A stretch of DNA of 64,000 bases from an uncultured Actinomycetes bacterium. Lineage in GTDB: Bacteria; Actinomycetota; Thermoleophilia; Gaiellales; Gaiellaceae. A model generated the notes under the pieces. The model ran no database searches. It was not told the origin of the DNA and saw nothing but the letters and a program-made list of their open reading frames with translations. Of this stretch, positions 1 through 8,429 are shown one piece after another. A program made the position numbers and the translations under genes. Where the stretch lies: NCBI GenBank assembly GCA_963754265.1, contig CAVWFB010000003.1, forward strand, positions 151,888-215,887. The letters are read 5' to 3'. How positions within the stretch are numbered: the first letter of the stretch is position 1; each line of letters begins with the position of its first letter.

Positions 1-735
1 TGGCCGTCGGGCGGATCTACGACGGCGCCGTCTCGGTCGCCGTGGCCGCCGATCCGCGCGTGGGGGTGGACGACGTCCTGATCCCGGTCGTCGGCGAGTG
101 CGACGACAGCCATCTCAGCGACGCACGCACGGTTCAGGTCGAGGCCGAGGACGCGGCCCGCGCGGTCGCGGCCGCCTCGGGGTGGCCGATCGCAGAGGGC
201 GCCGTCGGCGCGGGCACGGGCATGAGCTGCCTGGGCTGGAAAGGCGGCATCGGCACGGCGAGCCGGTCGGCCGCGGGTTACTCGCTCGGAGCGCTCGTGC
301 TGGCGAACTTCGGCTCGGCCCGCGAGCTGCGGGTGGCCGGCGTCCCGGTCGGCCTCCTGCTGGCCGAGGAGGCCGGCCCGCCGAAGCCGGCGGGCAGCTG
401 CATCGTCGTGCTGGCGACCGACGCCCCGCTGCCGGCCGCCGCCCTCGAGCGCGTCGCGCGCCGCGCGGGCCTGGGCCTCGCACGGATCGGGCTCGGTCGC
501 CCACCACGGCAGCGGCGAGATCTTCGTCGCCTTCTCCACCACCCCGGATGCGGCGAGCTTCGAGAGCGACGTGCTCGACGAGCTGTTCGCCGCGGCCGTC
601 GAGTCGACCGAGGAGGCGGTGCTGAACGCGCTCTGGGCGGCGCCGGACGTCTCGGGCCGCGACGGCCGGGTCGTGCGCGGCCTGCCCCACGACGAGGTGC
701 TCGAGCTTCTCCGCGAGCGGCACGTCCTCGACTAG
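1..735 (+). CDS. DmpA/peptidase S58-family L-aminopeptidase, 5'-partial, reading frame broken near 486-490
   Basis: The ORF is open from the window edge. The family-like 'GSCIVVLATDAPL..RRAGLGLAR' is followed, in the next frame, by 'GSVAHHGSGEIFVAFSTT...LELLRERHVLD' ending at TAG 733-735. The 233-aa track ORF ends in an Arg/Pro-rich out-of-frame tail. This implies a one-nt indel (sequencing error or pseudogene). Confidence 0.7.
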
Positions 736-756
736 GAGCGTGATAAGAAACGGCCG

Positions 757-1956
757 ATGAAGATCCTGGTCGTCGGCACGGGGGGAGTCGGAGCGGCTGT
801 GGCCGCCGTGGCCCAGCGCCGCGACTTCTTCGAGCGGATCACGTTCGCCGATCTCGATCCCGCCCGTCCTGAAGAGCTCGTCGCGCTTTTCGACGACCCC
901 CGCTTCGTCGCCGGCCAGGTCGACGCCTCCGACCCCGCCGGCGTCGCGGCGCTGGGACGCGGCGCGGACGTGGTGCTGAACGCGACCGACCCGCGCTTCA
1001 ACCCCGTGATCTTCGCTGCGGCCTTCGACTCCGGCTGCACGTACCTGGACATGGCGATGACGCTGTCCGAGCCACATCCTGAGGAGCCCTACTCCAAGCC
1101 CGGCGTGAAGCTCGGAGACGCGCAGTTCGCCGAGCACGAGCGCTGGCAGAAGGCGGGTCTGCTCGCGCTGGTCGGGATCGGGGTAGAGCCCGGCCTCTCC
1201 GACGTCTTCGCCCGCTACGCCGCCGACCACCTCTTCTCCGAGATCGACGAGGTCGCGGTGCGCGACGGCGCGAACCTCGTGGTCGAGGGCTACGAGTTCG
1301 CGCCCACCTTCTCGATCTGGACGACGATCGAGGAGTGCCTCAACCCACCGCTCGTCTGGGAGCGCGAGCGGGGCTTCTTCACGACCGAGCCCTTCTCGGA
1401 GCCCGAGGTGTTCGACTTCCCGGAGGGAATCGGGCCGGTCGAGTGCGTCAACGTGGAGCACGAGGAGGTCGTGCTCGTCCCGCGCGAGGTCGACTGCAAG
1501 CGCGTCACCTTCAAGTACGGCCTCGGCCAGGAGTTCATCGACGTGCTCAGGACGCTGCACAAGCTGGGGCTCGACTCGAAGGAGCCGGTCTCCGTGCGCG
1601 GCGCAGAGGTGGCACCGCGCGACATGGTGGCGGCGGCGCTCCCCGACCCGGCGACACTCGGCGAGCGCATGCACGGCAAGACCTGCGCCGGCACACTCGT
1701 CACCGGGCGGGGCAAGGACGGCGAGGCGCGGTCGACCTACCTCTACCACGTGTCCGACAACGAGCAGACGATGCGCGAATACGGCGCCCAGGCAGTGGTG
1801 CTCCAGACGGCGCTGAACCCGGTCGTCGCCCTCGAGCTGCTCGCGAACGGCACCTGGAGCGGTGCCGGCGTCCTCGGCCCCGAGGCCTTCGACGCGGTGC
1901 CGTTCCTGGATCTGCTCGCCGAGTACGGCGAGTCGCACGGTCAGATCGAACGATGA
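757..1956 (+). CDS. saccharopine dehydrogenase-family NAD(P)-binding oxidoreductase
   Basis: 399-aa ORF with an N-terminal Rossmann motif 'MKILVVGTGGVGAAVA'. Overall it resembles saccharopine/carboxynorspermidine dehydrogenase-like proteins (recognised from memory). Confidence 0.8.
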   Translation: MKILVVGTGGVGAAVAAVAQRRDFFERITFADLDPARPEELVALFDDPRFVAGQVDASDPAGVAALGRGADVVLNATDPRFNPVIFAAAFDSGCTYLDMAMTLSEPHPEEPYSKPGVKLGDAQFAEHERWQKAGLLALVGIGVEPGLSDVFARYAADHLFSEIDEVAVRDGANLVVEGYEFAPTFSIWTTIEECLNPPLVWERERGFFTTEPFSEPEVFDFPEGIGPVECVNVEHEEVVLVPREVDCKRVTFKYGLGQEFIDVLRTLHKLGLDSKEPVSVRGAEVAPRDMVAAALPDPATLGERMHGKTCAGTLVTGRGKDGEARSTYLYHVSDNEQTMREYGAQAVVLQTALNPVVALELLANGTWSGAGVLGPEAFDAVPFLDLLAEYGESHGQIER

Positions 1957-3329
1957 CCGACACCGCCCGCGCCGCCGTGGACGCGGGAGCGCCGAGGTTG
2001 TGGCCCGGCCTTGCGTTTCTTGTGGGCGCGGGGATGCTCGTGCTCCTGCTCGTGCATCCGGGGTTCGACGAGAGCTGGGAGAACCACCCGGCGCATTTCT
2101 GGCTCGTGCTCACAGCCGCCTCGCTCAGCGTCGGCCTCGGCTACGCCGTCGGAGCCGCCGCTCGGCGCCGCCGCGACGCCCGCCTCTTCCTGGTCTCGCT
2201 CGCCTTCGTCTCGGCCGCGGCCTTCCTCGGGCTCCACGCGCTCGCCACGCCGGGCGTGCTGCTGGGCAAGAACGCCGGCTTCGAGCTCGCGACGCCGTTC
2301 GGGCTCGCGGTCGCGGGGGTCTTCGCGGCGGCCTCGGGGCTGCCGCTCCGACCCGCGGCGGCCGAGCGCGTGCTGCGCTGGTCGGTGCCGCTGATCGTGG
2401 CGCTCTCGGCATTGCTGGCCGGCTGGGCCGCGGTCTCCCTCTCCGGGGTCGAGCCGCTCGCAGGCGAGCTCGGCGCGGAAGAGCTCGACGGCTGGCAGAT
2501 CACCCTCGCGGCGGTGGGAGTCGCCCTCTACGCAACTGCCGCCTTCGGCTACTTCCGCCTCTACCGGCGCCGCCGCGCCCCGTTTCTGCTCGGGGTCGCA
2601 CTCGCGTTCTCGCTCCTGGCCGAGGCGATGCTCGTGATCGCGTGGGCCCGGAACTGGCGGGTCTCCTGGTGGGAGTGGCACATGCTGATGCTGATCGCCT
2701 TCGTCGCGATCGCCGTCAGCGCCCGCGGCGAGTGGCACGAGGAGCGCTTCAGCCCGCTCTACCTCGACGAGACGCTCGCGGAGACCCGCGAGGCGAGCAT
2801 CCTCTTCGCCGACCTCCAGGGATTCACGTCGTTCTCGGAGCAGACGCACCCGGCGCGCGTCGCCGCGATGCTGAACGGCTACTTCGGACGGCTGGTGCCG
2901 TTGCTGGAGCAGCATGGCGGCGTCGTCCACCAGATCGTCGGGGACGCGGTGATGGTGATCTTCAACCAGCGTGGCGACCAGCCGGACCACGCCGCGCTGG
3001 CGGCGAGAACGGCGCTCGAGTTCCAGGCCGCGGCGACCGAGGTGGCGGCGACCCACCCCGACTGGCCACGATTCCGCGCCGCGGTCAACAGCGGCGAGGT
3101 CCTCGCAGGCCTCGTCGGCGGCCCGAGCGGGCATCGCAAGCACGGCGTGGTCGGCGACACCGTCAACCTCGCCGCGCGCCTAGAGGCCGAGGCTCCGGTC
3201 GGCAAGGTCGTCGTCGGCGCCGACACCGCAGCCGCCCTGCCACCCGGCGCGGTGCTCGAGCGGCTCCCCTCCTTGCAGGTCAAGGGCAAGGAGGAGCCGA
3301 TCGAGGCCTACGTGCTGCATTCGTTGTGA
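1953..3329 (+). CDS. membrane-anchored class III adenylate/guanylate cyclase
   Basis: ATG 1953 overlaps the upstream stop (ATGA). The N-terminal half is polytopic and hydrophobic. The C-terminal cyclase motifs are 'ASILFADLQGFTSFSE', 'VGDAVMVIFN' and 'GDTVNLAARLE'. The longer track ORF from 1335 is upstream shadow frame. Confidence 0.85.
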   Translation: MTDTARAAVDAGAPRLWPGLAFLVGAGMLVLLLVHPGFDESWENHPAHFWLVLTAASLSVGLGYAVGAAARRRRDARLFLVSLAFVSAAAFLGLHALATPGVLLGKNAGFELATPFGLAVAGVFAAASGLPLRPAAAERVLRWSVPLIVALSALLAGWAAVSLSGVEPLAGELGAEELDGWQITLAAVGVALYATAAFGYFRLYRRRRAPFLLGVALAFSLLAEAMLVIAWARNWRVSWWEWHMLMLIAFVAIAVSARGEWHEERFSPLYLDETLAETREASILFADLQGFTSFSEQTHPARVAAMLNGYFGRLVPLLEQHGGVVHQIVGDAVMVIFNQRGDQPDHAALAARTALEFQAAATEVAATHPDWPRFRAAVNSGEVLAGLVGGPSGHRKHGVVGDTVNLAARLEAEAPVGKVVVGADTAAALPPGAVLERLPSLQVKGKEEPIEAYVLHSL

Positions 3330-3504
3330 TCCGGCGGCCGGGATCGCGACCCGTGCGCGGAAGGTGTGTGCACTAAGGCGAACGACGCGAAGGGGCAGGC
3401 GCCTCCATGCGTTCGTCGCGCTCACCTTCGGGGTCTCCGTTCCCCTGACGCGAAGGTCGCGTTCCCGGCCGGCATGCGGGAGATACACCTCCAGCTCGAG
3501 CTGG

Positions 3505-4218
3505 TCACGGCTCCAGCGACCGGGCCAGCGCGAGCGCGCGGCTCAGCGGGATCCGCGCCTCGAGGCGATACCCCGTCCGGCCCTGCTGCCAGAGCAGCAC
3601 GTTCCCGGCCAGGCGGCCGTCGCGCTCGTACTCGACGTCGTCCGCGCCGCGATAGAAGACCGCGTGATCGCCGCCCGTGAGCCAGAGCGCGTCCACGCCG
3701 TGGACGTCGGCGATCTCGGTGCTCGTGCCCGGCCCCAGCAGCTTGTAGAAGAAGATGTGGTTCGACCGCCATTCGGTCAGGACGAGGCTGCTGCCGTACA
3801 CCGCGGTCACCGCCACCCCGCCCGCGCCGTCGCGATCGACGAAGACCCGGCTCGGCTTCCCGACGCCCTTCGGAAGACGTAGCGCGAATCTCGCCTCCCG
3901 CCTTGCCTCGTCGAGCGACACTCGCCGCCCCAGGTCGAACGCGGAGATTCGCGCGCTCGGCGGGAGCTTCTCGACCCGCTCGACGTGGACGCCGGGGATG
4001 AAGTCGAACCAGTCGCGGAACGCGCTTCGCGCCGAGGGAGAGAACACCGCCGTCAGCGCAACCGCCAACGCGGCCAGCGCAACGGCGAGGCCTACCTTCG
4101 GCCACGGACGGCCGCGGCGGCCAGGGAGGTCGCGGACGACCGACTCGCGGAGGCTCGGCGTCGGCGGGAACGGGTACGCGCCCACCGCGGCCTCGAGCCG
4201 CTGCTCGAGCTCGGTCAC
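3505..4218 (-). CDS. putative anti-sigma factor / sigma-associated single-pass membrane protein
   Basis: 237 aa with one TM ('VGLAVALAALAVALTAVF'). Its start overlaps the stop of the upstream ECF sigma gene by 4 nt (translational coupling). I recognised no enzymatic motif. Confidence 0.55.
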   Translation of the reverse strand: MTELEQRLEAAVGAYPFPPTPSLRESVVRDLPGRRGRPWPKVGLAVALAALAVALTAVFSPSARSAFRDWFDFIPGVHVERVEKLPPSARISAFDLGRRVSLDEARREARFALRLPKGVGKPSRVFVDRDGAGGVAVTAVYGSSLVLTEWRSNHIFFYKLLGPGTSTEIADVHGVDALWLTGGDHAVFYRGADDVEYERDGRLAGNVLLWQQGRTGYRLEARIPLSRALALARSLEP

Positions 4219-4772
4219 GCCGGTCCCTCCAGCTCCACTCGCAGCCGCTCCAGTGCGCGAAAGACGCGCATCTTGACCGCGCCGCGGCGAACTCCGAGCG
4301 CCGCCGCGGCCTCCTCGTCGGTGAGTCCGAGGAAGAAGCGCCCGATCACCGCGAGCCGCTCATCCGGACGCAGGGCTGCGATAGCGGCGAAGAGCTCCTC
4401 GCGCTGCTCGAGCTCGAGGACTGCCGCCTCGGGCGGCGGGGCCGCGCCGCCCGAGACATCTGCGCCCGCCACACGTCTCGTGAGCCCCTCCCGGCGGGAC
4501 CTCGCCCGCACCCGGTTCCGCGCCTCGTTGCCGACGATGCGCAGCAGCCAGGGCCGAAACGGCGAGCCGCGCCGGAAGCGCCCCAGCGCGCGGTATGCCT
4601 TCACGAACCCGTCCTGGGCGGCTTCCTCGGCCTCCGCGGCGTCGTGGAGCACCGCGTAGGCGACCCGGAAGGCGATGTGTTCGTGCATCTCGACGAGCGC
4701 TCCATACGCTCCCTCGTCACCTCCACGCGCGAGATCGAGGAGCTCTGACTCCGGCAGCGGTCGGCCCACCAC
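4215..4772 (-). CDS. ECF-type RNA polymerase sigma-70 family factor
   Basis: 185 aa. Region 2-like 'AEEAAQDGFVKAYRALGRFRRGSPFRPWLLRIVGNEARN' and region 4-like 'EEAAAALGVRRGAVKMRVFRALERLR'. Confidence 0.85.
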   Translation of the reverse strand: MVGRPLPESELLDLARGGDEGAYGALVEMHEHIAFRVAYAVLHDAAEAEEAAQDGFVKAYRALGRFRRGSPFRPWLLRIVGNEARNRVRARSRREGLTRRVAGADVSGGAAPPPEAAVLELEQREELFAAIAALRPDERLAVIGRFFLGLTDEEAAAALGVRRGAVKMRVFRALERLRVELEGPA

Positions 4773-4807
4773 TCGCCTCCTCTACACCGCCGGGAGGAGC
4801 GCGGTAA

Positions 4808-5497
4808 CTACCTCGCCACCTCGCGCACGGCCCGGGCGAGCCGAGCGGCCGCTCTCGGCGACAGCCGCCCGGCCGGAAGCTCGACCACGAAGGCGGTCGT
4901 CCCGGCGATCGTTGCGTTCGACCAGCCGGTCGCCGTGCCCGGATAACGGGGCAGCCAGCCGGCCCTGAGACCGGCCAGTCGTGCGAAGCGGCGCTGCAGG
5001 CCGAGGTTCCCGGCGGTGAGGACGACCATGTTCAGGTGCTGGTGGAACCAGATCGTGACCTTCGGGCGCAGGCGCAGGATCAGGCTCATCGCGATGCGGG
5101 TCTCGCGTTCCGAGCCCGGTCCGGCGCCCGAGAAGTTGACGCCGCCGAGCGACCGCCAGCGCCAGGGGAAGTTGCGGTTCAGGTCGACTCCGCGCGCGTT
5201 GCCGCGCGTCCCCGCAGCGAGCCCGTCGGGGTTTGCGTCCGGAACGAGCCACAGGTCGACGCCGGCGAGCGGGCCGAGACGACGCAGCCGGTCGAGGATG
5301 GCGATCCCGGCGCACTCGTTGCCGTGGATGCAGCCGACGACGAGCACCTTGCGCGCGCTGCTCGGATCGCCGAGCTCGTAGGCGGCGATCGGCCGACCCT
5401 GGAGCGAACGACCGACGACGACCCTGCGCACCCCGGCGCTCGAGGCCGCCGCTCCGGCGAGCAGCAGCGCGAGCGAGAGAAGGGCCAGGAAGCGCAC
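4808..5497 (-). CDS. secreted M14-family zinc carboxypeptidase (MpaA / gamma-D-Glu-DAP peptidase-like)
   Basis: Signal peptide 'MRFLALLSLALLLAGAAA', zinc motif 'CIHGNECAG' (HxxE) and 'GVDLNRNFP'. 229 aa. Confidence 0.8.
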   Translation of the reverse strand: MRFLALLSLALLLAGAAASSAGVRRVVVGRSLQGRPIAAYELGDPSSARKVLVVGCIHGNECAGIAILDRLRRLGPLAGVDLWLVPDANPDGLAAGTRGNARGVDLNRNFPWRWRSLGGVNFSGAGPGSERETRIAMSLILRLRPKVTIWFHQHLNMVVLTAGNLGLQRRFARLAGLRAGWLPRYPGTATGWSNATIAGTTAFVVELPAGRLSPRAAARLARAVREVAR

Positions 5498-5523
5498 GGG
5501 CGCTATGTATCCTCACTGCCCCG

Positions 5524-6393
5524 TTGACGGTCGTGGGTCTCCTTCGGTTCCTCCTGGCCGCGGTGCTGCTGGCTTCAGCCGTGGCGAAGCTCGCCGCGGG
5601 CCGCTCCGGCCGCGAGGCGCTCCGCTCGTACGGGCTCGAGTCCGCGCGAGCACGCGACGCCCTCTGGGGCGGAGTGATCGCCGCGGAGACCGCCGTCGCG
5701 GTCGGGCTCGCGGCCGACGTCCCGGGCGCCGCCGGAGCGGCCGCGACCTTGCTCGGGATCTTCGCGCTTGCGCTGGCGGTCGCGATTCGCCGCGGCCGGG
5801 CGGGCGCGCCCTGCGGATGCTTCGGCGCCGGGTCGCGGATCGGCTGGCCCGCCCTCGCCCGGACGGCGTTCCTGGCAGTGGTCGCCGCCGCCCTCGTCTT
5901 CCTCCCGGACACGAAACCCTCGACCGAGGCGTGGCTCGGCATCGGCCTGGCCGTGGCGCTGGTCGGGCTGGCCGCACTCTCCGTGGGCCTGCTCGCACTG
6001 GCCCGGGAGCTCGGGGAGCTTCGCCTCGCGATCGCGCCGCAGGCCGCGCTCTCGCTGGACCACGAGGGGCCGGAGGTCGGCGGGCGCGTCGCCCTGATCC
6101 AGCGCTTCGAAGGCCGAGCGCCGTTCGCAATCGCGGTCTTCACCTCCGCGGGCTGCGCGCTCTGCCGGGCACTCGAGCCCTCGCTGCGGCTGGTGGCCAA
6201 CGATCCCGAGGTGGAGCTCGAGCTCTTCGACGAGGAGGTCGACGCCGAGGCCTGGTCGTCGCTGGCGATACCTGGCAGCCCGTATGCGGTCGTGCTCGGC
6301 CGGGACGGCGAGGTGCTCGCAAAGGGCACGTTCAACTCGCTGTTCCAGCTGGAGAGTCTCATCGCGCACGCGACCGGGCCCGTGGGTGCCTGA
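5524..6393 (+). CDS. MauE/DoxX-type membrane domain fused to MauD-like thioredoxin-fold domain
   Basis: Four hydrophobic helices carry the 'APCGCFGAG' motif typical of MauE. The C-terminal domain has 'FTSAGCALCRAL' (CxxC). The start is uncertain (TTG 5524 or GTG 5533). The upstream part of track ORF 5233.. is shadow frame over the divergent M14 gene. Confidence 0.7.
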   Translation: MTVVGLLRFLLAAVLLASAVAKLAAGRSGREALRSYGLESARARDALWGGVIAAETAVAVGLAADVPGAAGAAATLLGIFALALAVAIRRGRAGAPCGCFGAGSRIGWPALARTAFLAVVAAALVFLPDTKPSTEAWLGIGLAVALVGLAALSVGLLALARELGELRLAIAPQAALSLDHEGPEVGGRVALIQRFEGRAPFAIAVFTSAGCALCRALEPSLRLVANDPEVELELFDEEVDAEAWSSLAIPGSPYAVVLGRDGEVLAKGTFNSLFQLESLIAHATGPVGA

Positions 6394-6955
6394 GCTGAGC
6401 CTCAGCGAGGCCGTCGCCGCGTCGACCTCGCGCCGAGGGTTCCTCGCGCGGGCGGGGCGGCTGCTCCTCGGCGTCAGCGGCGGGGGCTTCCTGGCCGCCG
6501 CCCTGCGCGCCCAGAAGGCCGAGGCCTACCACTTCTGCGGCCACATCTACACGACCGGCTCGTGCCCCCACCCTGTCGGCCTGCCCAGGATCGACCGCAA
6601 CGGCTTTCCGCTGCGGGCTGTGGACGGGAAGCCCGTCGACGACCTCGGGCGGCAAATCGACGCGGTCGGCCGGCCCGTGGATCCCCGCGGCGAGCTGCTG
6701 CGCGATCCGGACGGAAACCCGCTCCCGCCGGCGCCGCGCACGCGCGTCTGCACGGCGGCCGGACGCGAGTTCGGCTTCCGCCCCCAGATCGACGGCGCCT
6801 GGTACCGGTGCTGCAACGGCCACGTGCGCAAGCTCGTCGACTGCTGCGGCGCCGTCCGGAACCGGATCAACGGCGATGCCGCGCTCACCGGCTACTGCTA
6901 CAGCGGCCGGCGGGTGTTCTGCGTCATGTACTACGACACGAAGATCAAGTGCTGA
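6386..6955 (+). CDS. Tat-exported Cys-rich protein resembling methylamine dehydrogenase light chain (MauA-like)
   Basis: GTG 6386 overlaps the upstream stop by 8 nt. Twin-arginine signal 'TSRRGFLARAG'. The mature part has 10 Cys, with 'YHFCGH..GSCPHP', 'AWYRCCNG', 'DCCG' and 'VFCVMYY' (compare MauA 'AYRDCCG', from memory). Confidence 0.65.
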   Translation: MPELSLSEAVAASTSRRGFLARAGRLLLGVSGGGFLAAALRAQKAEAYHFCGHIYTTGSCPHPVGLPRIDRNGFPLRAVDGKPVDDLGRQIDAVGRPVDPRGELLRDPDGNPLPPAPRTRVCTAAGREFGFRPQIDGAWYRCCNGHVRKLVDCCGAVRNRINGDAALTGYCYSGRRVFCVMYYDTKIKC

Positions 6956-8380
6956 CCGCCGCGCTGTCGCTGACAGGCCTGCTCGTCGGCCTCGCGGGCG
7001 CCTGGTCGCCCTGAAGCCTCTCCATGGTCGGCACCGTGGGTGCCGCTCGCCAGGACGGACGACGGGCCTTCGCGCTGACGGCGGCGAGCATTCGCGACCG
7101 GGCTCGCGCTCGGCGCGACGCTCGTCTTCGGGGCTCTCGGCCTGCTCGGTGAGACCGTGCACTCGCGCGTCCTCGTCGTCTCCGCCGTAGCGGTCGCCGC
7201 CGCGGCGATCCTGAGCGACGCGGCCGGCCTGCGTGTCCGGCCGCAGATTCGCTTCCAGGTGCCCGAGCGCTGGCGCCGGACCATGCCTCTGCCCCAGGCG
7301 CTCTTCCTCTACGGCCTTCTGCTCGGAGCCGGCCTCACCACGTACGTGCCCGCGACCGCCGCCTGGGCGCTCCCCGCGCTCGGGCTCGCGGTCGGCGACG
7401 TTGCGGCGTCGCTCGCAATCGGGCTCGGCTTCGCCGTCGGGCGCGCGCTGCCGGTGCTGCTGCTCGCGGTGCGGGGCGAGGAGACGGCCCTCGCCGAGCG
7501 GCCGCAGGGGCTGCGCGCGCTGCGCGTGCTGATCGCCGCCTCGCTCGTGCTGGCGCTGGCCGCGGGCGAAGCGAGGGCCGCGGTCACGGTCGCCACGACG
7601 GGGGTCGACCCGAGCGCCGCCGACGTCGAGCTCGCCTGGCAGCAGCCGGGCGTCGGCGGCTTCCTGCTCCGGAACGGGGTCAAGACTCGGCTTCCGGGGA
7701 ACGACCCGGCGATCGGCGGCGCGCTCGTGGCCTGGCACGACGGCCCGAACGTCACCGTCGCCTCCCGCGACACGCTCACGCCGATGCTCCAGGAGCCGCT
7801 CGCGGGCGTCCAGAAGCTCGCGCTCACGGACCGCTGGCTCGTCTGGCGCAGCGGTTTGCAGATCCGCGTCCAGCCGTTGAGCGACCCGACCCGAAGCGCA
7901 CTCGTGGTCAAGGCCAAGCGGTTCGCTGAGCTCGGCCGGCCGGCGCTCGACGGCGATCTCGTCGTCTACCACTACGCCACTCCCTCCGGCAGCTGGCTGA
8001 CGACCGTGAACGTCGCCACCGGAGCCAGGGACCGGGTGCGCTACGCGAAGGACGCGCAGCTGCTCAACCCCTCCCTGCTCGGCGGGAGCCTCCTCTACGT
8101 ACGCACCTCACGCTGCGCGCAGGAGCTGCGCCTCGGCCCGCTGCACGGCGGCAAGGAGCGCGTGCTCTACAAGCTCCCGCCGCTCGCCGGCCAGGACCGC
8201 GGGCACGAGCCGGGCCACACGGAGCAAGGCGAGCGCCTGCCCTGCCCGCACCGGCCGAAGCCGACCACGCGGATCCTCTGGACGACCGCCCTCTCGGCCA
8301 CGACCGCGTACGTGACGATCCTGCGTCCCCGAAGGGGCGGCAGGACAACACCTACCCTGATCGCCGTGGCCCGGAGATAA
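6949..8380 (+). pseudogene. polytopic (CcdA/MauF-like) membrane protein with a beta-rich C-terminal domain; in-frame TGA 7012-7014 plus a frame break near 7090
   Basis: GTG 6949 overlaps the mauA-like stop. It reads 'VLTAALSLTGLLVGLAGAWSP', then TGA, then 'SLSMVGTVGAARQDGRRAFALTAASI'. The TM-like sequence 'ATGLALGATLVFGALGLLGETVHSRVLVV...' continues in the next frame into track ORF 7157..8380. The C-terminal ~270 aa is beta-strand rich (TolB/propeller-like impression). Confidence 0.5.
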
Positions 8381-8384
8381 GAGA

Positions 8385-8414
8385 TGGAGGGCCGCTGCGG
8401 CGTGCGGCCCTCCA
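8385..8414. terminator. GC-rich hairpin between convergent genes (possible bidirectional terminator)
   Basis: 'TGGAGGGCCGC' (8385-8395) and 'GCGGCCCTCCA' (8404-8414) form a perfect 11-bp inverted repeat with an 8-nt loop. It lies between stop 8380 (+) and stop 8430 (-). Confidence 0.5.
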
Positions 8415-8429
8415 CGCTTCCCTACCCGA

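Noticed and set aside
115-1938. 607-aa minus-strand ORF opposite the DmpA-like and saccharopine-dehydrogenase genes. Similar very long ORFs include 4782..6362(-), 6359..7972(-), 15460..17016(-), 18238..20034(+), 20390..23035(+), 23680..27462(-), 33858..35549(-), 41903..43642(-), 46120..47658(-) and 47808..50288(+).
   Set aside because: These are shadow frames, typical of very high GC. They are extremely Arg/Pro/Gly/Ala-rich with no recognisable motifs, and each lies antisense or out of frame to a gene with clear family signatures.
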